DNA from: Takakia lepidozioides
Lineage: Eukaryota > Plantae > Bryophyta
Direction of reading: 5' to 3'
DNA: 64,000 bases
Assembly (NCBI GenBank): GCA_030704615.1
Contig: CM060734.1
Location: forward strand, 23,746,001-23,810,000
The notes beneath the pieces are model-generated. The model did no database searches and was not told where the DNA came from. It worked only from the letters and a program-made list of their open reading frames with translations. The position numbers were made by a program, and so were the translations under genes. How positions within the stretch are numbered: position 1 is the first letter of the stretch; each line of letters opens with the position of its first letter. This document shows, piece after piece, positions 21,503-33,447 of the stretch.

Positions 21503-24400
21503 ATACCATGTGACAGGTCCAGGACAAGTATATAATGAATCAAAATTGATTGAAAGGGCAAACGAATGGTTGCCCATCCAAATGAATTTTTGTTGTTTTC
21601 AAGCTTTTCTAGCATGTTAAATATACCATGTGACAGGTCTTGGACAAGTATGGCATGAATCAAAACTGATTAAAAGAGCAAACAAATGGTTTCCCATCCA
21701 ACTAATTTTGTTTTTTTTCAAATTTTGCCAGCATGTTCTCCATACCCTCGAACAGGTCCTGGACAAATGTGGGATCAATCGAAATTCTACAAAAAAGCAA
21801 ACAAATTTTTTCCCCATCCAAATGATTTTTGTTTCTTTTCAAAGTTTGTCAGCATGTTCTCTATACCCTCAAATAGGTCCACGACAAGTAGGGGATCAAT
21901 CGAAATTCATTAAAAGGACAAACGATTGGTTGCCCATCCAAATGATTTTTGTTTCTTTTGAAACTTTGCCAGCATGTTGTACATACCTTCAAACAAGTCT
22001 TGGACGAATATAGGATCAATCAAAATTCATTTAAAAAACAAAAACATATGGTTTCCCATCCAAATGATTTTTATTTTTTGTCAAACTTTGCCAGCATGTT
22101 CTACATATCATCCGACATGTCCTGGACTAATATGAGATCAATTGAAATTGATTCAAAGGGTCAACAAATGGTTACTCATGCGATTGATTTTTATTTATTT
22201 TCAAACTTTGCTAGCATGTTGTACATACCCTCAAACAGGTCCTGGACAAATATGGGATCAATCAAAATTCATTAAAATGGCGAAATGGTTCCCAAACCAA
22301 ATGATTTTTTGTGTTTTTGTTTCGGACTTTGGCAACATGTTCTACATACCATCCGACAGGTCCTGGACCAATATGAGATCAATCCAAATTGATCTAAAGG
22401 GCGAACAAATGGTTGCCCATCCAGATGATTTGTGTTTCTTTTACAACTTTGTCAACATGTTCTACATACCATTCGACATGTCCTCCACTAATATGAGATC
22501 AATCGAAATTGGATGAACGGGCCAACGAATGGTTGCCCATCCAAATGTTTTTTGTTTCTTTTGATGGTTCCCAACCCAATTGATTTTTGTTTGTTTTTTA
22601 ACTTTGCCAGCCTGTTCAATAATCATCCGATGTCCTAGACAAATATGAGATCAATCCAAATTGATTCAAAGGGCGAACAAATGGTTGCCTATCCAAACAA
22701 TTTTTGTTTATTTTCAAACTTTGTCAGCATGTTCTACGTAGCATTTGACAGGTCTTTGACTAATATGAGATCGAAATTGGATGAATGGGCCAACGAATGG
22801 TTGCCCATCCAAATGATTTTTGTTTCTTTTGAAACTTTGCCAACATGTTTTACATACCCTCAAAAAGGTCCTGGACAAGTATGGGATCAATCGAAATTCA
22901 TTAAAATGGCGAAAGTATGGTTCCCTATCCAAATATTTTTGTTTATTTTTGAAACTTGGCACGCATGTTCTACATACCATCCGATTCATACTTTGCCAGT
23001 ATGTTCTTCTTCCGACACGTCCTGAAGAAGTATGGCATGTATCGAAATTGATTGAAAGGGCCAACAAATGGTTGTCCATACAGAAGAGTTTTGTTTTTTT
23101 TCAAAACTTTGCGAGTATGTTCTACACACCATTCGACAGGTGATCGGACTAATATGAGATCAATCGAAATTGATTGAAAGGGCCAACGAATGGTTGCCCA
23201 TCCAAATGATTTTTTTTTTTTTTCGAACTTTGCCAGTATGTTCTATGTTCCATCCGAGAGGTCCTAGATAAATATGAGATCAATTGAAATTGACTGAAAG
23301 GGCAAACAAATGGTTGCCCATCCAAATGATTTTTTTTCATCTTTCAGACTTTGCTAGCATGTTCTATATAACATCCGACAGGTCCTGGACTAATCGAAAT
23401 TGATTGAAAAGATGAACAAATGGTTGCCCATCGAATGATTCTTTTCTTTCAAACTTTGCTCGTATGTTGTATATACCATCCGACAAGTCCTAGACAAATA
23501 GGAGATCAATCGAAATTGATTGAAAGGGCCAAGACAACCAACATGTAGCCTAGTGGTAATGGGCACATACCACGTTTGATGTGGTTGTGGGTTCAAACCA
23601 CGGTCTGGTGTGTCATGAAGGTGTCCACCTTTAAGCTGGAAGACAATAGTCCTTATGGTGAAGAGACACCATAAATTACGCTCCCTTCGGGAGGCGTCAA
23701 ACTCTTTGAAAGGGCCAACAAATGGTTGCCCATCCAGATGATTTTTGTTTCTTTTCATACTTTGCCCGGATGTTCATCTGATACATGCTGGACAAATATA
23801 AGATCAAACGAAATTGATTGAAAAGGGCAACGAATGGTTGCATACCCAAATGATTTTTGTTTGTTTTCAAACTTTGCCAGCATGTTCAACATACCCTCTG
23901 GCTGGTCCTAGACAAATAGGAAATCAAACCCACCCAAATAATTTTTGTTTGTTTTCAAACTTCGCTAGCATGTTCAACATACCCTCTATCTGGTCCTATA
24001 CAAATAGGAGATCAAACGAAATTGATTGAAAGGGCAAAGAAATGGTTGCCCACCCAAATATATATTTTTTGTTTTCAAACTTCGCTAGCATGTTCAACAT
24101 ACCCTCTGGCTGGTCCTGGACAAATATGAGATCAAACGAAATTGGTGAAAGGGCAAACAAATGGTTGCCCATCCAAATGATTTCTGTTTGTTTTCAAACT
24201 TTGCCAAAATGTTGTACACACCATCTGACAAGCCCTGAACAAGTATGGGATAAATTGAAACTGATTAAAAGGGTGAACAAATGGTTCCCCATTGAATTTT
24301 TTATTTTTTATTTTTTATTTTTTTCAAACTTTGCCAACGTGTTCTTCATACCCTCTGACAAGTCGTGGACAAGTATGGGATAAATCGAATTGATCAAAAA
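21503..24400. repeat. Degenerate ~120-bp tandem satellite, over 20 copies
   Basis: Recurring unit ...caggtcctggacaa.tatg.gatcaatcgaaattgattgaaagggc.aacgaatggttgcccatccaaatgatttt...aactttgccagcatgtt... Confidence 0.93.
23533..23705 (+). mobile_element. tRNA-derived SINE inserted in the satellite
   Basis: Pol III A box TAGCCTAGTGG and B box GGTTCAAACC. A 13-bp TSD TTGAAAGGGCCAA lies at 23520-23532 and 23706-23718. Confidence 0.88.
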
Positions 24401-27326
24401 GGTGAAATGATGCTTCCCCATCTAAATGATTTTTCTATACCATACCATAGGTCCTGCATAAGTACGACCATGAATAATGAGTCGTTAGGGTATATGGTAT
24501 AGGATTCACGTCACTTGAATTTTGTTTGTTACTTGACCACGTACTTATTCATTTGAAAACTTTTTAGGTGTGTTGAACATACCCACATAGAGTCGCTGAC
24601 CAAATTTGACATCGAACAAAATGCAAGAAAGAGGCTAAACCACGTGTTCCCCATCGACATAAACCCTAAACCCTAGGGCGTAACCAATCGTTCCCCATAG
24701 ATGTGAATTTTGATCATACTGAAACTTTGTGCGTGTGTTGAACATACCCACATACAGTTGCAGATCAAATATGACATCGAACAAAATTCAGGAAGGCACT
24801 CGCTCCAATGTCCTCCCAAATTCCGGCAAAACAGCTCTATATCGGTCCGACTCACTACGCCTCTCGCATGTATCTCCACAGCCTCATTGATCTGGCAGCT
24901 CATCCTTTGTGTAGTGTTCCACTCTTCCTCTATCTCCAATTCCCAGTTTATGCTTTTGTTGGATTTGGAGATTCTGTGCTCGCATTGCTCAAACATATCA
25001 TCCACATCACCCCAAAAGGTGAACCTGGGAACGCATAGGTGTGGACGTTGCGGACATCGATGTATCTTTGCATATTAGCATAAATACTATCTTTCATGGA
25101 TTAGCAAATGAAAAAGAAACAAGATGTAAGTGGTTTCATGAATTATAATTGAAACTTGAAATTGATATATTTTCCAAAGTTTGGACTCATAGACACCTAT
25201 TTCTGACACAGGCCCCCCCCCAGAAGTGAACAACATTCATCCTACTATGGTTACTATGCCATCCAATTATAATTCTACGTTGTCTTGAAATAGACATAAA
25301 GATAGGCTAATTATGAAATTAACATTAACCTTAAATGGACATCAACTAACCTTAAATGACTAATGTGGCATGCCAACAAACCTCCATATGATGGTGCACG
25401 GGGGCCAAGTTAGGGTTAGGACATTCATTGGCAATGTGACCCATCTCATGACATCGATAGCAGACAGGGTATTGTCCGTTCCTCACTTGCCTTGCAGGTG
25501 GTCGATAGGCCGGATTAGACTGCTGTGAGTATATCTGCTGTTGCTGATTGCTTCCATAGGATTGTCCATATGCTCCTTGGGGCGGTATTCCTCTTTGTGG
25601 GCTAACAGGCTGATTGGCCGGCTGATACCAGCTCTATGGCCTAGGAAATCCAATACATGCTGTGGTGCAATTGCGGTCATCCATGAAGTACTTTTATGAC
25701 TCGGAGGCAGATAAAGCTAAGCAAAGCAAAGATGCAACTGCAGCTGCTGACAGTGACAACTACATCAATGGCTTCTGAAGCCAAGCCAGAACTAACCCTT
25801 CTTCATAGGCATCTCTTGTGCTCTGGGTCCATATTTTCCCTCCCAATCCCCTTTCATCCCTTCCTTTTGTGGCAATTACAGTTATTTTAATGCCTCGTGT
25901 TCTCTCTCTGTCTCTCTTTTATATCCTCCTTTTGTTCCACTTACACTGGGCGCGGGGTCAATGGCCACAAGGTCATGCCAAACAATGTTTTATGAGTACA
26001 TTCTTTCATATTGTTCATTAGTGTATGCACACCATTTGAAGCTCTGATTGCCAATTAAGGTTAACCATATCCTAGAAGGCTTTATGTAAAATGACATACC
26101 AGCTTCTGCAACTCTTGCAAAATCCAAATGCAAGCACATGGAGGCCATTATTCTAGAAGCATTGGGCAAGAAGGCACCGGGTAGGTAGGCAGGTAGCAGA
26201 GGCTGTCATTGCATGTAAATGCTAAAATACGGCCAATTCTTTACTGGGAACCAAGCAGATGGCTGTCAGTATGAAGAACAATGTGAATCTATTGATCGGT
26301 GTGTAACTCCAAGAGAGCCACTTTCCCAAATTCCCACTTTACCATACATCAACGTCACCACATTGGAAGAACCTAATGAGGTAAGCCACCAGATTGAAAA
26401 GTGTATAATTCCCACTGGGAGCAAGCATTCAAAGCTCAAGTTAGAGAGAGGTGTGCTTCATAACGCACACTCACGGGTATTATGTCCTTCCCTGGTTCTG
26501 GGGACTAAGTCCTCTGTTGTGGTCAGACTGGTCTCAGGTAATTAGGATGACATGTTTCTATATAGCAGGTGATAGCTGGAATAATGAATAAGCTACAGGG
26601 TAATGTATTGTGGCATGTGCAAGCAGGTCAACATTAGGAGGTGGGAGACTGAGCGTCAAGAAGCAACCCGGCTGCAATCTCATGCTCATTTCAAGCAGCT
26701 TGACGAGGCTGAGGTGAGCCAATCTGGTTCTAATCATTATTATTATTTTTCTTAACATTAAGAGACGAGGACAACATCCCAGAATTATTTAGTCTTGATC
26801 ACACAAATGCAATTTCTGAGTGTGCCCCTCTCAGGTATAGTCAAACATTCTTCCTATGAGAATAAACCATGGTTGGGAAATCATGCTTCACAAAGTCTAT
26901 AGAAAGCTCAAACAGCTTATGGAACAAGAGAAAGCATGATACAAAAAAAAAGGGTCCTCCACAAGAAGCAGCCCAAACCCAACAATTGTTCAAGCATAAC
27001 ACTGGGTGGTGAATGAGCAGGGACATGGGAAGACAGCAGTGATTGGAGGACCAGACCTACAGTCAGGCAAATGCAGAGCTTCTGACCACACAGTCTCACC
27101 CAATTTCCAGGTATTGACCATGTCGATTATCATAGAATGGAAAGGGATTAGGACTATATTGAAAAACAGGTTTATAATCTCATACGCCTATGCCCCTGTG
27201 GTCTTTAGGATTGGAATGTTTGGATTAGGGCCTTCACATTGACTTCTTTGTAAGAGATAAGTATGTTGAATTATCAGATGATAGGTGTTGAGTGTGGAAG
27301 TGGTTTGTAAACCTAGTGAGGCTCAA

Positions 27327-28888
27327 TCACCTGGTTGCTTCTGCTTTCGGGTTTGCCTTTTGCTGTAATGATGCCACATACTGATCGCTAGTCATCAGTA
27401 TAGATTTGCTAGGCTCTTCTGAAGAGTTCTTCTGAATCCTGGTATGAGGCACCTCTGGTAGTGTTAGAAATTGGTGTATGTACCTGCATTGAGCATTGGA
27501 CATGTCAGACTGACGTGGCAACTCATGTGGCTCAGATGTTATGATGCTCGTCGGCTCATTTTGTGGAGTTGTGATCTCAGATCTGGAGATGCAGCCCTCG
27601 ACCTCGACGTAATATTGACAAGCATCTAGTTGTACATCAGGTATACTATCCCCTGACACCTCTTCAATGTGCAGATCTTGATCACATTCAGCCTGATGGT
27701 CTTGTTCCTGTGAAAAACCTTCGCTTGGTTGCATTTTAGAATCCATAGCATTGGGATTTAATGGCCAAATGCCAGTAGTTTCAAATCCCTTGCGGATATT
27801 GTGTGGTGTCAATGCTTTCTTGAGGGCCAAAGACATCCATTGAGCCAGATCCTCATTTTTTGCACTCTTTTCCTTGTTTGCCAAGGTCCAAACATCCCTG
27901 TAAGCTCTAAAAGCTGTTTGGATGGGCTGAAACATGACACATCTAACAGTTGCAATGTGTGGCTTGTATGTGAGGGCAGAGTAAGCAAATCCAAGCCTGC
28001 AGCTCGTGCTTGATGCACAACCTCAAGAGTAACATGCGAATTGTGGCCATCCAATACGAGTAAGTGTCGATTCATGGTTGATAGGTTACCTCCTTTTGCT
28101 TGCACATAGGCAATAAAATATGAGATCCATTTTGAGAATAGCACAGCAGTCATCCAAGCTTTAGGCTGCATGGCCATAGTGGCACCGTTCTCACAGCGCT
28201 CGATGTAATTGCGTTTGAATTTCTTACCTCTAAAAATGTAAAAGTTTGGAATGGACTCACCATGTGCATAGATGCAGGATAGTACAGACAGCCACTCCCT
28301 CTCATCAGGTGTGATTGAATGCACAGTCTCGGACCCGACTTTGGCGATCACTCGAGCTCCTCCATTTCTACCAGCCTGAGCGCCAGATTCGTCGCAATTC
28401 CAGATACGTTGTGGCTCGTAATCGTGTGTAGTGTAGGCCTCCTTCAAGTTTGAGTAGAATGTAGCAACATTTGCAGGGCATAATCCCTTGGCACGCCCTA
28501 CCTCAAGGCCTTGAGCTACTCGAAGAGAAAACTCTAGATGACGCCGCTTAAACCATCTGATCCAGCCCCAACCTGGAATCCCATTTTTGAATGGAGTAAC
28601 CCGTTCTTGCGTAATCTCAGCAACCTTGAGCCTCAACTGTGACAAGGTAAGTGGGTGTCCAATTTCCTGCATCTTCTTGATGTAGTTTACGAGAGCATTT
28701 TCTTCCGCTGTTTGTAATACACCCAATTTTCCTCTACGCCTTGTGGTTGTGATTCCATATAGATGATTCCGGAGTATGGTTACGGGGATGTCAAAATATC
28801 TGCTTGCTGTAAGGATCTTAGATCCTCTCTCCACTGCATCCATTGCCCTCTGCAGGTTGGCATCAGTCCAGTTGCCATTCTTTCTCAA
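27327..28888 (-). mobile_element. pogo-superfamily (Tc1/mariner-related) DD35D transposase, frameshifted
   Basis: N-terminal psq-type HTH (WTDANLQRAM...FDIP..ILR), CENP-B-type HTH (GWGWIRWFKRRH), IWNCDESG, and LLVLDGHNSH...LQLLD with 35 residues between the 2nd and 3rd Asp. Continues after a frameshift near 27930 into ORF 27327..27935 (GFETTGIWPLNP). TIRs not found. Confidence 0.92.
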
Positions 28889-30049
28889 ATTTTTTTTTTC
28901 TGCCTGCTGCGTTGGTTTCGTGTGTCAGTTGCAGGTGGATTTAACTTATCCTCTATTCCACTGTGGTCTGTCTCCCTTGCAGTTAAGTCCTCCAGATGCG
29001 CATCTGACCTCAACAGAGGGTCTCTACGAGTAGGTCGATTGATGAACGGTTGGTGCTCAAGTGACGATTGGGATCGACTTGCTCCAGGACGATTCAATGC
29101 TGGCCCTCATAGCTCCCTCGTATTGGCTGTGATCGTTCAGCACTGCATTGCAAATTGTGGGTGATGAAATCAATGTCGTGGGGTTCTTGGGGTGGGTGCG
29201 ATCTTACTTCTGTATGTTGGGTGTGCTCCCTGTTGCGAGGCCCGTTTGCCTGCGTGTGTGCAACTTGAGCGTACTGTTGGGTGTGCTCCCTGTTGCGGGC
29301 TCCGTTTGCTTGCGTGCGTGCAACTTGAGCGTACTGGAGCTCCTGCAAAATTTCACTATCCGGTGGATTTCCTTGTGCCCATTGAAAATCAAAAGCATCT
29401 GTGTCTGATTCCTCACAGGTGCAGTGTACTTCACCGCTCTTCTGTTCACTGCCTCTGTCACTCTCTAGAATTTGAACTCCAGCATCACTCTCTAGAATCT
29501 GGTCTCCTCCTTTTACTGAATCAGGAAGGAGCCTTCACATTTGGCTAAGTCTGAGATCTTCCTCCATTGTCCAAAGTCTTCACTAATCACAAGACTAATC
29601 ATAAGACTAATCAGACTCTTCAGTACTCAGATCACGAGACTCTTCACTAATCAGGAGACTAATCAACCTCTTCACTAATCAGACTCTTTCAAGATACTCT
29701 TCACTAATCTCCTGAAAAATGAAACTGGTCATCTACATTGGCCACCTTAAACTATTGATCAACTTGATATGGCATAGTGACGAGTTAGTGTGGGCCCCAT
29801 TTGCTTGTTATCATCTCAAGATCAAGGACTGCCACTTTTAGATGCAAAAGTAGGTATCCATTTAAGGGAAGTGTCCATTTAAGGTTCATCTACCTTAGGG
29901 ATGATGATCTTCGGCTTCTGATCATAACTCTCTTGAGAGGGGTCAATATAGTGATTTTGATGAGGACAATAAATAGGAGTTGGAGGTTGATGAGGAAGAT
30001 GATGGCCCTCCCGATGACATCATGTAAGTACCCACGCGACACATTGCTA

Positions 30050-31090
30050 CAAGGCGAATAGGGCAACTACTTCGAAACCAAATTGACCAACCAAGAGGAC
30101 GTCGCCCACCACGATGTACAACAATAAATGCATCTGCTGATCCTGTCATATTGACCTGTAATATGGTGTGAAGTTGGTTGTGTTTTTGTTGTTGCCCCTT
30201 TGCTGCGGTGAAACATTCTCGTTGGATATTGAAGGTCCTTTTCTCTTGTGTGTGCTTGTACATGTTCGTATAAAAATTTCCAGAGACATAATGAACAAAC
30301 TTCATAGTACTTACGAGGTAAAGAATTCAGGGGAAAACATGGCGCCTATGATGAGTGGTCTGCACATAAATAAGCTCTTCTCCTTATCATAGGCGCCATG
30401 CCTTTCCTTGGATTCTTTGACCCCGCAAGTATTACGAAGTTTGTTCATTATGTCTCTGGAATTTTTTGTCCGCACGGGGCCTCTGGATTTCCACCGACTG
30501 ATATACGAACCTGTACAAGCACAACAGAAGAGAAAATGACCTTCAGATATCCAGCGAGAATGTTTCAACGCAGCAAAGGGGCCGTAATAGCAAAAACACC
30601 ACCAACTTCACACCATATTACAGGCCAATATGAGAAGAACAGATGCAAATTATTGTACAATGTAGTGGTAGACGTCATCTTGGTTTGTCGATCTGGGTTT
30701 GAAGTACTTCCACTCCGACTTCATCAAAGAACACTAGCCCCGTTCGTCATCGAGGAACACTAGAAACATTTGGTCGTTGAAGTCGAGTGGTCCGCTACTG
30801 AATATACTCTTTTCGCCATCATAAGTGCCATGCTTTCCCCTGATTTCTTTGACCCTGTAAGTACTACGGAGTTTATTCATTATGTCTCTGGAAATTTCTT
30901 TTGGCATGGGGGCCTCCGGATTCCCACCGACTGATATATGAATCTGTACAAGCACACAGAAGAGGAAAGGACCTTAAGATATCCAATGAGAATGTGTCAA
31001 CGCATAATGTTTCAAATTGTTGTACATTGTAGTGATGGACGTCCTCTTGGTTGGTCAATTCGGTTCCGAAGTAGTTGCACTCCAACTTCA
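30050..31090. repeat. Three copies of a ~300-bp unit; the first two are inverted around ~30370
   Basis: ttccagagacataatgaacaaacttc...catggcgcctatgat (30278-30353) versus atcataggcgccatg...gaagtttgttcattatgtctctggaa (30387-30461). A third copy runs from ~30818. Confidence 0.8.
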
Positions 31091-31209
31091 CCGGCCTCCC
31101 TTTATCCCTACAGCCCGGTTTTGATAGCTTTGAAATAAAAAACAAAACCACCAACATAGCCCAACAACACCCAGAACTCCCTCTGGGTCGAGTTTAAGAA
31201 AAAAATGGG

Positions 31210-32685
31210 ATGGACAAGCGACGCCCTAGACCCGTAGTGGTCGTTTTACGCAACGACTTCAGGGCGGTCGCAGTAATTAAGTGACCCAAAATCGACCTCT
31301 AATCTCCAGAGACGTAGTCCACTTTTTTTTAGGCTTATTTGACTCGCAATAGCGACCCCGCTGGAGTATATAATATTTAAGTTTTTTAATTTTTTTCCTG
31401 TCGCTGCTTAGCACCGACCCCCCACGCGTCGCTGGGGGTATATAATATTCAAGTTCTCAAATTTTTTTCCTGTCCCTGTTTAGCAGCGACCCCCCCACGC
31501 GTCGCTGGAGGTATATAATATTTTAAGGTTTTTTTTTTTTTTTTTTTTCCTGTCGCTGTTTAACAGCGACCCCCCACGCGTCGCTGTATGCATGGACATT
31601 TATTAGCGACCCCCAGTGGTCGTGCACCGTGGCGACGCCTTGGGGGTCGTCGTAGGTATAAAACGACGAGAAAATCTGAACTCTTTACAGTGACGCCACA
31701 GACGTCGCAATAAATGCTTTAGCCCTGGGGGTCGCAGTAATAAAGCGACGGGAAAATCCGAACTCATGACAGCGACGCCTAGGGAGTCGCTGTAAACGAC
31801 TTAAGGTAGACACACCTAAAATGGAGCGGGTACCCAAAACGGACCCCTAGAAAAATACATAAAATTAACCATATGCCATCTTTTAACGGTGCTTTGATCG
31901 CAAGTGGTCCAAATTAGGTCATGTGATGGGCACAATGGAACTCCAATGAACCGTTTTAACTCATACATGCTCATGATGACACCACTTAATGGACAAGTTA
32001 ATAACCACCGGCGCGCACTTTGAGAGCATTATCAAGTAGAGACACGAAGAATGAATCTTAACATGTAGGAGAGGGGATCACATTCCGTGATCAACGATCC
32101 CAATTGAGTTTCACCTAGATCAACGATCAGGATTGAGTTTAATCCAAATGGACCTTGAGCTCCGTTTCCCTTAAGGTGGGAGGTTACTTTTAGGTCAATA
32201 AATGGTTATGTTAGTTGACTGACATGGTCCATGTCACTATGTTGTTTAATCACTAAAGTGAAAGAGGATACACACTTTTTGGGCACCTTTGGCTCCAGAT
32301 AAAGTGTACTTGATGTTCAAAATAGTACCCCCTACTGGTCCATTCAAGGTTATTCCATGATTTCACATTGAATATTCACCAATATTACAAAATAATTCGG
32401 ATTTTTTTTTATAAAAACAAATTGCATTAAATTTCTTTTTTATGTGCCCACATCAGAAAAATATATACGACGACACTGCACACCTGAAACTGCACACATT
32501 TCTTAAATGATCCATTTTAGGTGTTTCTACCTTAGTGAATTTTTGGTTCTTGGGCCTATTTGGCGGCCGAAATAGGGACGGAACAGGCGTCGCTATGCCC
32601 GGCCGGCCGGCTAGCGACGTTAGCGTCGCTCGCAGAAGCATGCGGGGCGCCGCAGGGTTGCTAAACCCCCCTAATTGCAGTAGTG
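31210..32685. mobile_element. Probable CACTA transposon terminus with subterminal repeats, interrupted by a MITE
   Basis: Dense gcgac/gtcgc motifs in both orientations, ending ...ttgcagtagtg (reverse complement CACTACTGC) at 32685. Confidence 0.6.
31804..32532. mobile_element. 729-bp non-autonomous TIR element (MITE) with TA target duplication, Tc1/mariner/pogo type
   Basis: 22-bp TIRs AGGTAGACACACCTAAAATGGA (31804-31825) and TCCATTTTAGGTGTTTCTACCT (32511-32532), one mismatch. TA flanks both ends. Confidence 0.85.
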
Positions 32686-33447
32686 CATGTATAGTGTAAT
32701 GCCCTGAGTGGAGGGCATTCCGGGATTTGAGGGCACTGCCCCAGGGCGGTAGCCCCATGGAAGGCCCGAAAATCCTGGAATGCCCTCCACTCAGGGCATT
32801 ACACTGCATAAAGCACGCGCAACAAAACAAAAAGGTACAAAAAGGTACGGCGGGCATTACACCTGAGTGTAATGCACCAGCCTCGCTGCCCAGTGCATTA
32901 CAGGGGCGTGTAATGCCCCGCCCGGCCAAGCGATGAATTCTGGTTTTTGACGGCACGATAAATACAAAGAGGTAAAATGCAAAGTGCTTTATGTTTACAT
33001 AATCTTTCATCCCTAAACACATCAGCCAGCTTGGCCTTTCCTGATTGGCTTGGAATGTCCAAGGTGTGGAATCCGCACCATCACAAGGGTCCACTCTAAA
33101 AAAGGACTATAGTAGAATCGGGCCAAGTCTTCTCTCTTTGTAATAGATGAACGTGCTCATCCTTCATACCTGCATAGGGATGAAGGTTCTCATCCTTGTA
33201 TTGGTGCGAGCATCCCCTCTCAGGACTGCACTCGACTGCACGCAGAGTTGAAGTGAGGCAGTGCGCCACCATCCGTACTCGTACGCAACAGGATGGATCT
33301 CACCGCTGAGGAGCAGCTTGGTTCTTTGTGAAGCACATCTGGGGTTTCTACCCGTGATCGAGTTGGTGCTGCAGGATTTTCTGAAAATACACTCAATAGT
33401 TCTGGGACTGTAAGTCGATCGGTCTTTGGCATCGGGAGGGTACCAAG

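Noticed and set aside
23533-23610. Functional tRNA gene
   Set aside because: No convincing acceptor stem, followed by a ~100-bp body, and flanked by a TSD, so a SINE.
21503-24400. Regularly spaced repeats resembling a CRISPR array; many short ORFs
   Set aside because: The whole ~120-bp unit repeats with no unique spacers, there are no cas genes, and the context is eukaryotic. The ORFs are repeat translations.
24661-24678. AAACCCTAAACCCTAGGG telomeric motif
   Set aside because: Only about two units, which is common in plant TEs and promoters. Not evidence of an interstitial telomere.
29215-29710. 60-bp tandem duplication and ctcttcactaatc repeats upstream of the pogo ORF
   Set aside because: Likely internal TE low-complexity sequence; no TIR or function could be assigned.
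32453-33094. 213-aa minus-strand ORF
   Set aside because: It crosses MITE, CACTA and hairpin boundaries in GC-rich repeats and shows no protein motif.
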